64,000 bases of DNA from the NCBI GenBank assembly GCA_964270895.1, contig OZ185435.1. One strand, given 5' to 3'. This document shows, in pieces, positions 39,774 through 51,629 of the stretch. A program made the translations under genes and the position numbers. Numbering within the stretch: the stretch's first letter is position 1; every line of letters starts with the position of its first letter. Origin of the DNA: Podarcis filfolensis (taxonomy: Eukaryota). A model generated the notes under the pieces. The model searched no databases and was not told the DNA's origin. It saw nothing but the letters and a program-made list of their open reading frames with translations.

Positions 39774-39794
39774 GTCAGCACCATGGACAGGGGC
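39774..39794 (+). promoter_or_regulatory. RE1/NRSE (REST-binding) motif, distal
   Basis: GTCAGCACCATGGACAGGGGC versus consensus TTCAGCACCACGGACAGCGCC; both half-sites intact with the canonical 2-bp spacer. Confidence 0.8.
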
Positions 39795-40061
39795 TGGTTT
39801 GTTTTACAGCTATTGGAAACCCAGCCTTTCGGTGGCACGAGGCTGGCACTTGTGCTTCTAGTAAAGGGAGGTTAGGGTGAGTGGCACTCTCAGTTGGTGT
39901 CTTGGGGAGCACATCCTCTTGGAGCTGAGGATGCTGAGTAGCTGAGTGCAGTAAATCTTGTAAGCTGGAGAACTTGTAGCAGTGGATAACTGAATTCACA
40001 CAATAGAGAAGCAGAGTTTGGAGGCTATGAAGCTATTCTGCCATGAAGCCAGGGCTGAAAC

Positions 40062-40220
40062 ATAGGAATCATCCTATTGGTTCATCTAGTTCAGTATTGT
40101 TTATGCTCACTGGCAATGGCTTTCCAGGGTCTTTCCCATCCCTACTTGGAGTTGCCAGGAATTGAACCTGTGATATTCTTCATGCAAACCAGATGGTTTA
40201 CCACTGAACTATGGCCCTTC
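40062..40220 (-). mobile_element. tRNA-headed SINE, same family as 10750
   Basis: ATTGGTTCATCTAGTTCAGTATTG...GGAATTGAACCTGTG...ACCACTGAACTATGGCCC. Confidence 0.65.
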
Positions 40221-43200
40221 CTTTGTCCGTACTCTGCCCTTCTCCTTGCAAATGAAAGCTTTACACCAGAAAAGAAACCTTTGGACTTAGATAATTAGCT
40301 TTACACCAGAAAAAACCCTGTACTTAGATAAGGAGCCCCTGGCTCCTTGGGGTGTGTGAAAGAGCTGAAGCACACAGTCTGTGCTTAGATAATTCTAAGT
40401 ACAGAATTACCTGTACTTAGACCACCAGCCTAAATTACACCATTTTATTTTGTGTTAGTGGTATCTTAAATTCTGAACCAGAAGGCAGATTCCATGTTTT
40501 ATATTTTGTTACTATGTGTGTGCTCTAGTAATAACAGCTGCCCTCTCCCCACCTGTTATGTATGCCAACCCAAGCTTATGCCATGTGCTAGTCTTTAAGG
40601 TGCAGAAGAGTCACTGTTGTTTAGAGAGAAGAAACTATCTAAGGACTCAGACATGGATACGGAGCTCTGCTCCATGTTGTCCACAAACCCAGAGCAGCTT
40701 CCAGCATCCTGCTATCTAGCCCAGCCCCTGGCTCCTTGGGGTGTGTGAAAGAGCTGAAGCACACAGTCTGTTTGCATTATAAGCACCCAGGAGATACCCA
40801 GACATTCCAGTGACAGGGGCCAAGGAGATACCCAATTAAAGAGTGATGCCTGGAAATGATACCATGGGGATGTTACTATGGCTACCAGGAATGCTTTAGT
40901 TAGAAAATCCCGTTCCTTGGTCTCTGCCTGAATGCAGAGTGCAGCCGTGCACAGATCTGTTCAAGGTTTTAGTTATTCAATGAGGGCTCACTCTCGTTCT
41001 CTGTCTCTCTCACACACATATATGCACACACCTTCCTCAGAAAGGGTGCCACAACTGCAGCAGAGGCGCTGTTCTGTTATCCATTAGTCTTTGACCCAGC
41101 CCAGCCTCCAAGTGTGGTGCACGTTTCAGTCACTAAACGACAGCTCGGAATAGACTGCAGCAAAATCTAACCAATCAGGAAGCAGGCACTCCCTGGGCCA
41201 TGTGGAGCATGCCTTATTCACAATTTTTAGAAAGGAATCCCTAATGAGGTTCCCGCCCCACTACAATTAGCTGCTGCAGACTGGAGGAGGAGGAGGAGGG
41301 ATTCCCCCCTCCCATTTATTTCTCCCTAGCATAAGAAAATGCAGAATAAATGATTTAATATTAGGGACAGGGGTGGAAGAATGGGATGGAATCCGACACA
41401 TGCACACCCAATCCCCACATCTGTTTGTTAGATGGTTTGTCTGTTGGGCACACCTGCCTGTCACATCTGGTGGCAAGCTCAGCCAACTGGTTTGATAAGC
41501 GATGATGCCGACTTAATCAGAATGACTGGGGCAGAGGAGAAAAAGCTGTCTCCAGTTGCTTCTTGATTGCTCTTGTACTTCATGCTATTATCTAACAAGG
41601 AGTTATAATGCTTGAGCCTTTCTAAGGAGGATTTGGAATTTGTTAGTTTTTTAAAAAGATATAACTTGCATTGAAACCTGAACATTGTAACCTTTACATA
41701 ATCTGCAGGCTTCATCATCATTTAAAACAGGTTTCTATGATCTAACATAAAAAGCACATCTCATTTTTGGTGAAACATAGACCCCTGGACAATGAGAGCG
41801 ATTAATCACTGGAGAAGGATAACCTGGAGCAAGATAAATTGAGGCCATTCTGCATAAGGAGAAAAAACTAGTTCCTGCTTTATTCACACCCTAGAAAGGG
41901 AGAAGGAAAAAGATTAACTATTTGACACAATCAAAACTGATGATATTAGCTGTGCAAAGGATTAGACTGTGAAAAATATGAAAGATCGATGGATTCTGAG
42001 GCTCCTTCTCTGTTATTCTCCTCTGACTTGACACTCTTTACTTTCTCCTGTCAGTTTGAAGTTCCCCTCCAGAGGGCCTCCTTCAAAGCTAAGTGAAGCA
42101 TTTCCATGAGGTTTGGCTAAAGCTCATATTGATTCTCTGCACAAAGGAAGAGAAGCAAACTGTATCATTTCAGCCATGAGCCCTGTAATTTTAGGGGTTG
42201 AGGGAGGGAAGCCACGAAGAATGAAAGAGCATACACTAGATGTACTGGGTGAATGATGCTATTGTGTTCTGAAACGAGACAAAGGATTTTTAAACACATT
42301 ATTTGGCTTACCAATTATTTGGCTTACCAATGCCAGAATGTCTGTGTAATCAAAACCTGTTTTATCAAGTATCACTGTTAAGGATGCAGTTGTCACTGTT
42401 TGTATTTGACTGCATTTCATTTCCCACTGACCTAACATTTTACAATCCAACACAAATACTTAGGCTAATTGTGGTCCATGAAAGCTTATGCCGTAGTAAA
42501 TGTGTTAGTCTTCGTTTCTTCGATGGCTTTGCTGCAGAAGACTAACATGGCTATGCCTCACTCCTACCAGGGTCAAGGGACCTCTAAATGTGATTGTATG
42601 TGCAGACTGGGGTCAGTTTTCAAAGAGCCCAACCCCATGCTTTCTTATGTATCAGCAGCAGAACATGGGATCAGAATAAACTGCTGGCACAAAGGGGGCC
42701 ATTGGCCTATTTAGGAGAAGCTTCTACACAAGGCATGGAGGCCAAATCCAGCCCGCAAGACTTCTTAAATGTCCCCCAGCATTGCCTCTGATCCCAAAGA
42801 TCCTTCCTCTAGAGTCTAGCATAGTGTCCATCTACTTAATCCTCTTCTGGGCCACATGGGTATGATTCTTTAAGCCTGCACTCATTCAGTTGTAACAGCA
42901 AAAGAGCCTTTTTCAGATTTATACGTCTTTGTTGTTTCTACCATAGGTAAATGGGCTCGAGCCTCTGGGTGCATAATAAGTGGAAAATTCTACCCATACT
43001 GCTGATGGGGAAAGGAAGCTGATGGTGAAAGGAGCTCTTTGCCTTTATCTTGGTTTGCATGGAAACAAACTCAGTGGACAGATGAAAAGTTCCTGGCACT
43101 TTAGCCCTGGCTTGGTTCTGAATTTCACCCTCCTTAAAAATGAGTCACCAAACCACATTTTCCATGGCACAAAAACCATGATCCTTTTTCAGGATGAAGA

Positions 43201-45542
43201 GTGCCTGGTAGGGGAGAATGTCCATCATCTGCCCCCTTGAAGCGTCCTGTTGAGGTCCACCACTGGGGTCTTTTGCTCCTAACATCAAGTGTATCTTTAT
43301 GCTGCACCAGGATCTGAAGTAATGGAGGTTTGCTTCACATTGAACAGCTTGTGGGGTGGGGGGAGAACTGATGATTTGTCTGATTGTGGGTGTTGTTTAT
43401 AGCTGCTGCACACTGCCAGTAAATGAAATCTGGGGGAATGTAGGAAGTCCTACTACTAATGCAGAAGAAAAAGAAGGCTGTTTTATTTATTTAAAAATCA
43501 CCAATCACTACAAGTGTAGTGTAAATGCTTAGGCATAAGTATGCAAATATTCGGGTGACTTCCTGCCATTTCAAATTCCCACACAATTCAAGGGTGTGGG
43601 GACTGCTCAGTCATTACACTTACTGCCCAAACAGATGTGATGGAGATCCAATCATGGAACTCCCAATCATTATTTTTATTTTAAAATGTAAAGCACCAGA
43701 GTTGTCTGTGGAGGGGATACATTGATTGAAAATTTATTGCATTGTAACTGTATTGTAACTTTTGAATAAATGTTGTTGTTGGTTTCTTTAAAATGTAAAA
43801 TACATGCAGCATTTGCAAAGTATGGGAACCAGTTTTGACTGGAACAGCAATGCAGGGGGAGGAGGTGTTTTAAGCATCCTTTTGATTGAAATCACTCCAC
43901 TCAGCTGCTATTAGCTCCACTGGTTGAAAAAAAGATAGGCACTCCCTTTCCTTTAGTGGGGCAGTGTGTGTGTGCACACACGCACAACTTCAATGGGGGA
44001 AATAGTGCAGGGGAAGGGGTTAAACACTCCTTCCCGCAACCAGGGCTCTGATTAAAAACCTACTCCAAGATCTACTGTAGAGTTTAAAAGCTGGGGGGGG
44101 GGGAGCATCCATCAGATCTCCTGCATTGGATCTGCCTTGATCCTTATCAGCAGCAGAAGCCCAACAAAGCTTACCTTGTAAATTCATCAGACCCTAGCAA
44201 TGATATGAATCTGTCTGATCCTGCCTTAGGGCACTGGGTGGATGATTGGCAGCCTTATAATTCCATGTCTGTGGGTATAGAAATATGAATATAAGTATTT
44301 TGTGTGCATTTATGATTCAGAATAAATGGTTCAGAGTCTTTAAAGAATGGCAATCTGCATTATCAAAAGTATGGTGTCTGTTGTCAAAACTGGCAGCATC
44401 TCCATCTTCCTTACAGTGTGTATTTCTCCTTTTTTTGCATTTGGCTTCATCCCTATTAGAGAACTGGTTCCTACAAATTGCAGGCGAGGATGTAAGGGAT
44501 TTGCTGTTTTTGCTGTACCACTTCAGAATGCAGACAGAAGGCTGGTCAACACTTCTGCTTGTGCCATGCCTAGAAACACGGGTCCAAGCAGTTTTTCTCC
44601 TTGCTCTGCTTCTTTCCAAGGAAGAACCCACTCACTAGTGATAAATCAGAACAAATGGCAATCTGGGGAAAGCTGCCATTGCGATTTGCTGTGATTGAGC
44701 ACTACAGAGCAGTCGGGAGCAGTGGGACAAAAGGAAGTGTGGATAAGCCCAGAAGCTCATATGACTGAAAGCTCTTTGTAGCGTGTGAGAAAATGACATA
44801 GTCCCTGCACATAGAAAATAAGCATAGTGAAGGCTAGTGTAGAACTCTTCACCCTGACACTCTGGCTTTCTATATGCAGGGTGTTCACCACCTGACTGCA
44901 CTGGGCCTTCATTTGCTAAGGTTGGGCAGCAATGGCACAAATTGCCCTCACATCTGAAGCTTTTTCATACCAAAATTGGTGGATTTGAAATGTCACTGCA
45001 CTGGGAAATCCTCTGCTAGGAACCGTTGTTACCCTCCCCACCCCTGAAAAAGGCAGTCTCCATTCACTTCTTTCTTTGAGCATTGCCTAGAACCAGCTAA
45101 ACACATAAACACACGCACACTAATGCCAGATTAACCACTAATGCAAAGCCATGGCCTGAACAGCTGGGGAGAGTGCAGGTCTTGACAAAGAGCCTTGAGC
45201 CTTCCATTTTCAGGGGCAGGGGTGGGGGAAACTTCATTAACAGGAGAGGAAATGATCACTGTGCAGCAAAGCATTCAAACCTACTGCTCATTCATTTGTA
45301 AACATCCTGAGCCTGTTCTGCCTGGACGGCTCACTTGCTGATTGATTGGGCTCCTGTTGCTGCTGTCTCATGTAAATGTGGAGGCTTCCACACACACTAA
45401 GCACCAATTTGTCCTAGGCTTGACCTCTTGCTTACTGTCAGTGGCACGTGAGGAAAAGAATATCCTACTTAGGGTTATTAAGGTGAAAGGCAGAGAGCGC
45501 GCGAATTATTTTCTTTAAAGACTACCGGATTGATTATGGCAT

Positions 45543-45876
45543 CAGGGGCGGAGGAAGGGGGTGCGGTGGGGGTGGTCTGCCCCAGGTGTCTTCGCTGAGA
45601 GGGGTGACATTTGGCGCACCACCCGCCTGCAATTCCCAAGCCTACCCTGAGCTGTCGGGGGAAGGGGGGAGCTGCACCGCTTTGCTGGCAGTATTCCCCC
45701 TTCCCCTGACAGCTGGGGGAGGCTTAGGAGTTGCAGGTGGGTGGTGCGCCGAATGTCTGCCATCGGCAGCTTGCTCTGCCCCCGGCTGCAGGGCACGCAT
45801 GCCACTCCAGGCACCCAAGCGGCTATCCCACACCAGGGAGGGCACCTGGGCAGTGCGGGCATATGCTCTGCCGCTG
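45543..45876. mobile_element. GC-rich hAT-type MITE with internal long hairpin
   Basis: TIR CAGGGGCGGAGG / GCTCTGCCGCTG; perfect TSD TATGGCAT at 45535-45542 and 45877-45884. Confidence 0.8.
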
Positions 45877-45888
45877 TATGGCATAAGG

Positions 45889-46135
45889 CAGGGGTCAGCA
45901 AACTTTTTCAGTGGGGGGGGGCGGTCCACTGTCCCTCAGACCTTGTGGGGGGGCCGGACTATATTTTTTTGGGGGAGAATGAACGAATTCCTATGCCCCA
46001 CAAATAACCCAGAGATGCATTTTAAATAAAAGGACACATTCTATTCGTGTAAAAACACACTGGTTCCCAGACTGTCCGCGGGCCAGATTTAGAAGGCGAT
46101 TGGGCCGGATCCGGCCCCTGGTTTGCCTACCCATG
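45889..46135 (-). mobile_element. hAT (Charlie-like) MITE, same family as 38619
   Basis: CAGGGGTCAGCAAAC...GTTTGCCTACCCATG; TSD GCATAAGG / GCATAAGC. Confidence 0.85.
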
Positions 46136-46214
46136 GCATAAGCCTTCATGGACTAGAGCCCAACTCACCAGATGCATAACATGTTAACAATGGATAGCAA
46201 ACAGTCAGAAACAC

Positions 46215-46430
46215 TTTGTTTATTACATTTAGATCCCACCTTTCCTTTAAGTTGTTCAAGACAACGTATTTGGTTCCTGCTTCTCATTTTTCCTCTCACA
46301 ACCACCCTGTGGGACAGGTTAGACTGAGAGGTACTGACTGGTCCAAGGCCACCCAAAGAGCTTTATGCTGGGGAGGGGACAATTTCAGGCTCGCTCTAGA
46401 TAGCGCTATCCAACATTGTAACCACTGCAC
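46215..46430 (-). mobile_element. Squam3/MIR-like SINE, older
   Basis: CCTCTCACAACCACCCTGTGGGACAGGTTAGACTGAGAG...GACTGGTCCAAGGCCACCC reverse-complement core. Confidence 0.65.
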
Positions 46431-46456
46431 AATGGTTCTATACATACATACAGACA

Positions 46457-46489
<33 letters not shown>

Positions 46490-46674
46490 CAGTGGTCAAA
46501 TTATTTGGGTATGTGTGTCACAAATGAGGCTCAACTCCTTAACTTTGTGATGAGCCCCTCATCTAATGTTTTAGAAGGATACAGGGGACATGATTTGACT
46601 AAGGTGATGAGGTTTAGGTTTCATTAAGCCCTCTATATTTTTGCCATAATTTGATACATTCTCATTCCCCCCCC

Positions 46675-46708
<34 letters not shown>

Positions 46709-46945
46709 GAAAAAAATGCATACAGGGTAGAAAAGTCATGAAACACTCTAATTCAGATAATTAATAAGGAAACAGGATAAATTCATCAGGGGGCCAGTTT
46801 CCTACCAGGGGAGTTGATAGCAAAAGTTTGTGTGCACTTCACATTTCACAGCACAATCTTATACATGTTTACTTGGAAGTAAATCAAACTGTGTTTTGTG
46901 ACTCTTATTCTCAGGTTAGTAGGCATAGGACTGCAGACTTAATTT

Positions 46946-47604
46946 CTTCCTTTTTAAAAATAATTTTTATTAAAGATTTTCTTGGTTTTCAAGCCAACCC
47001 CTAGTATATGTGTGGTTTTTGTGTCAGTGTCAACTGGGTAGGTTCTCTTTCTATTTGCTTATTACATTTCCTTAGTAGTGAGAGGGATTGGGGACAGGGT
47101 GTGGTTGGTTGTCTGTAGTTGGCTGCAGTGAGGTTTGTTTGCATTTGTGAGGCGGGGAGGGATTGTTGTGTCAAGTAAGCCGTATTGATTTGTATGTTTT
47201 TGGTGGATTCCTGTTGTTCTCTTGTTGGGCTGTGTATGTAATAAAGGGGAGCCATACTGGGGTGAAGGCATCCTCTTCTATTTGTCCCCATTGTCAGTTT
47301 CAGACTGTTAGCTTTTCTAGTAAGGCTGTTTCCCATGTGATTCAATACCAGTGGTGCATATTGACTTCTGGCAGGTCTCTCCAGTGTTTGGCTATGAGGC
47401 TTCTGGCTGCTGAGAGTAGGTGGGTTATAAGCTCTTTATAATGTGAGTGGGCATTATTATCTTGGAAAATGTTCAGTAGGGCCAGTTCTGGGGTGAATTC
47501 TAATACCTGATTAGTTATTTTGCATATCTCTTGTAGGACTGCTGTCCAGAAGGGTTGGATTTTGGGGCATCCCCACCACATGTGGAGGTATGTGCCTGTG
47601 GAGG
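46946..47604 (-). mobile_element. 5'-truncated L1 LINE with 14-bp TSD
   Basis: Minus frame MWWGCPKIQPFWTAVLQEI...LLSAARSLIAKHW (L1 ORF2 C-terminal Cys-rich region), then 3'UTR and AATAAA; TSD TGCAGACTTAATTT at 46932-46945 and 47605-47618. Confidence 0.85.
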
Positions 47605-48501
47605 TGCAGACTTAATTTATCTTGCCTCAGCATGATAGACATCAAGTGGTCTCTAACAATGCAATTTATACATCATGCACATGGTACAAAGCTCAGGAAT
47701 GTTTCACTGCTGAGTGCTTGTGAATACAGACAGAAATCTGAGCTGTGCATAAATGACTGCATAATACGAACTAAGATGTTTCTCCATATAGCATTATTAA
47801 CTTTGTCATGAAGCCCAACTGAATTCAATGGAGCTGCTTTCTCAACAAATGTGTCTAGGGTTGTGCTGTTTGTCTGTTTGCTGGTTATTCCCACTTCCCT
47901 GGGGAAGGTAGTTATGTGTGGAGATCTCCAACAGAGAATCTCCAGCCTCTTCAGCAAACCATCTTTTAGAGCCCTAAAGCAGATGTGGTGTGGTGAACCT
48001 GTGGTTGTTTGCACTCTAGCTCCCATCAGCCTCCAGCAAACATGGTCAATGGTCAGAGATGATGGGAACTGTAGGGCAGCAATATTGGGGGGGGGCAAGG
48101 CTCCCTATTCCTAACATAAATGACTGAGCCCTGTGTGCCAAGAAGACCATATTCTCTGCATGCAGCCCTCCCTGTCCACTGAGGTTGGATGGAGATCATG
48201 CCCTTTCATCAGATCAAGTCAATAAATGAGGGGAGGGATTCAGGGACTTCTCAGCAGCGGTTCAGCCAACATTGTGGAACTTCCTTCCTAGCTAGAACCA
48301 TCTGGTTACTTCCCTCTCTGTCCACCAGCCAGAGAAGACTTGCCTGTTTCAGCATCATTTTTGCATCTGTCTTGGGCTGAGATGGAAGTTGCACAGAAAC
48401 CACACACACACACACACACACCCCTATCTTTTTATGTTTGTTGTGTTTTTGTTCTTTTACTTGCTTTATGCATAGCTTCAGGAAAGCACAATGACAAACT
48501 G

Positions 48502-48651
48502 NNNNNNNNNNNNNNNNNNNNNNNNNNNNNNNNNNNNNNNNNNNNNNNNNNNNNNNNNNNNNNNNNNNNNNNNNNNNNNNNNNNNNNNNNNNNNNNNNNN
48601 NNNNNNNNNNNNNNNNNNNNNNNNNNNNNNNNNNNNNNNNNNNNNNNNNNN
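48502..48651. other. Assembly gap (150 N)
   Basis: Run of 150 N; no flanking duplication seen. Confidence 1.
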
Positions 48652-49826
48652 CTTTGCAAATAATTACCCTGACCTTGAACAGTATGGACTTAGGAAGCCA
48701 AACTGACTGTGTTTGGAATCCAAGTATTGCCCCATCTTTTACACTGACAGATCTGGATGTTATCTCAAATGACTCAGTGGGTTTTTTCTGTAATTGGATG
48801 TTTTGATATCCGCTTCTTTTTAATTTATTTATGAAAGGATTGTGAGAATGGAATTGCTACAGTTGCTTACTTTGCAAAAAGCATAAACAAAAGGAAGGGG
48901 AGCAGGGAATCTGAGCATTGTTTTCATTAGAACCAAACCCAACCCCCATACCAGGCTGGAAACCAAGAGCTGCAATAAACTACTAGAGATCTACACTCTT
49001 CTCCTGCACTGAGCTAAAAATACTTGCAAACAGGGCTTAATTTGTGGCCGGGAATGACTGGGGCTCAGCATGAGTTTTCAGTGCCATGGTTCAATCCAGG
49101 AACAGATGGCAAAACTAGATTAAAATTTCCCTGAGCAGGTGCAGAGTGCATTTCCCAATCAACAGTTACAGAGAGACCCCACATATGGTTGGAGTTTCCA
49201 GACAGATATAACTCTCAGCGTATCTCCCCCCCCCCAGAAACCAAACATAGTACTTCAAACAACCTACCAATGAATATATCCCACCCCCCACCCCCGCTCC
49301 CCAAAGGTAGGGAATTCCACAATATGACTAGTAGCTTTAGGTGTTGCATCTAATAACTAGAAAATATATCCTCCCCCACCCCCCACAACCTAAATCAGCC
49401 CTCTGTCCCAGACACATTAACTGATTGGCAGTCCAAAAAATAAAGCACAGGTTGGAAATAGGGATTGTTGTTTTCTATCCACATCTACACCCCCAAGTTT
49501 TCCCTGCAACTACCTTTCTTCAAGGTCCAGCATGAAGCAGGACTCCCTGAGGGCTGAGTAATAGTTGACGACACCTGAGCAGATGGAGAGGGGGGATTTA
49601 ACCCTTTCTTCTCCTGCTGTGGTCTTGAAGAAAAACCCTTTCCATAAAGCAAACATTTGCTTTGGGGAAAATCCCCACTGGTACAACTAGAAAACTCTGG
49701 GAACCAGATGGGTCAATGGTAACTACACATAACAGTCGGTATCTACCGTAAATCAAACCAAACTATATGGATCCTGGTGCCGTTGCAGTAGCTGATAGAT
49801 TACCGACATCAATCTATGGACTTACA

Positions 49827-49952
49827 CAATGCTACTTTTCTAGAAAAAGAGGTTCCGGAACTCACTATGAACACCGCCCCCATTCTCTTAGAATGGCAAT
49901 GGCGCCCACCTGAGAGGTGCTGGAGCTGAGTTTTGGCTGAAACAAAGTCCTG
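49827..49952. mobile_element. Short hAT-type MITE
   Basis: Perfect TSD GACTTACA at 49819-49826 and 49953-49960; internal GTTCCGGAACTCAC motif. Confidence 0.75.
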
Positions 49953-50379
49953 GACTTACATTGATTTAGACAAAGAGCTTAACACAATTTCCAAAATATT
50001 GTATTATTTTTGGTGTTTGTTAATAAAGATAAATTGTTGTCTTTATTAAACGTCCTGAGACTGCATATTGGAAACCCATACTAATTTATTGATTAAGAGC
50101 AAGACTCCTAAAAGTACTCAATAGCTGGCATCCTTGAACTAAAAAACCATCCCCCTTCTTGTTCTCCTTTAATAGCTAATCTCTGTATATCCATCTGCAT
50201 ACTGCTCTATCTGAAAGGGGCTTAGTAAGCCTGGAGGTGTGGAGGTATAACACAGAGGTTTGTCCTTGGACTCTGAATCCTGCTTGTTGGTAGAAAAGCA
50301 CTAGTTTAGAGACAGATATTTAGAAAACAGGTTGGTGATGCAGCTGACGCCAAGCAAGAAGGCCCTTAGGCCACATTCC

Positions 50380-50960
50380 TATACTGAAAGCCCACCAGTT
50401 AGGGGTCTATAGGATTTGGTGAAAGCCTCACTGGTCCAAGGAACATGTCAATGTCCCAAACATCGTTGGGCAGCAGGTGTGTCTAGGCTGCCATTTTCTC
50501 TACAGCCTCTTAGGCTCACCTGACATGATGGGCACATCTCTGGGGCAACCCCTGTCCTCAACTGTCCTGGCATGCCCAGAACCATAGTGGCTGGATCTCC
50601 ATCCTCTGCTGCTCACCACCAGGCATGCACATACCTGGTTGGCATGCCATGGGCTCCCCAACCCACCCAATGACCTTGGCGCAGCAAGCTAACATCCAGC
50701 TGCTACATCCTTACTCTAAGGCCAGTCCAATAATGCTGTGTCATGGGGCCAGAAGCATTTGGGGTGGGATGACAGTCACTGCAGACCATCAGGATCTTGG
50801 CCTTGGTGTGGTGCCGGCCTCCCATCAGCAACCAGAGTGACCCCAGAAGCATCCTGGCCCAACACTGCAGACATGATGGCCAACCTCCAACTCAGGGTCA
50901 TGCTGTAGAGGATCATGTGGACCACACACCTCTCTCACACATTCCACAATAAGGAGATAC
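50380..50960. mobile_element. Possible decayed retroelement internal fragment
   Basis: Coding-like GC composition with no intact frame; family not identified. Confidence 0.25.
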
Positions 50961-51395
50961 CAGAAATGCAACTTCCACAACCATACATGTTTTCTGGTAG
51001 TATTGTTCAGTGAGCTTCACCAAGCCCAGGGCAGCCAGAGTGAGTGTGGCACTGTGTGGGACCTCCTAGCTCCCGCTACTGTGAATGTTCTCCAGTGGCC
51101 TCATGAAGTATCTTCTTCCTGTCCGTACACACACCACTTCCTGCAGCTGTGGCAATGGATGTCCAGTTGGCTTTTCTTCCCCTGCCCTGGTGCGTCTTCT
51201 CTCAGGAAGGTCATTGCAAGCAGTTTGCCACTGGTTTTGTGGACAGTGCCCTAGAATTATTCCCTTGGTACCTGTGGCTGCTGCCATGTTTTGCTTCCTG
51301 GGCATATGGCAATGTAATACATGTCTTTGTTGGCCCTCCAGAGCCTGTGGGCCCTGACAGTCAGATCCTGATGCTGGGCCACCCCCACCCTGATA

Positions 51396-51629
51396 AAGGT
51401 AAAGGTAAATGGACCCCTGACCATTAGGTCCAGTCGTGACCGACTCTGGGGTTGCGGCGCTCATCTCGCTTTATTGGCCGAGGGATCCGGCATACAGCTT
51501 CCGGGTCATGTGGCCAGCATGACTAAGCCGCTTCTGGCGAACCAGAGCACCTCACGGAAACGCCGTTTACATTCCCGGCAGAGCGGTACATATTTATCTA
51601 CTTGCACTTTGACGTGCTTTTGAACTGCT
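51396..51629 (-). mobile_element. 5'-truncated Sauria SINE with 15-bp TSD
   Basis: Reverse-complement (ACCTTT)n tail and body; ACCCCCACCCTGATA duplicated at 51381-51395 and 51630-51644. Confidence 0.88.
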
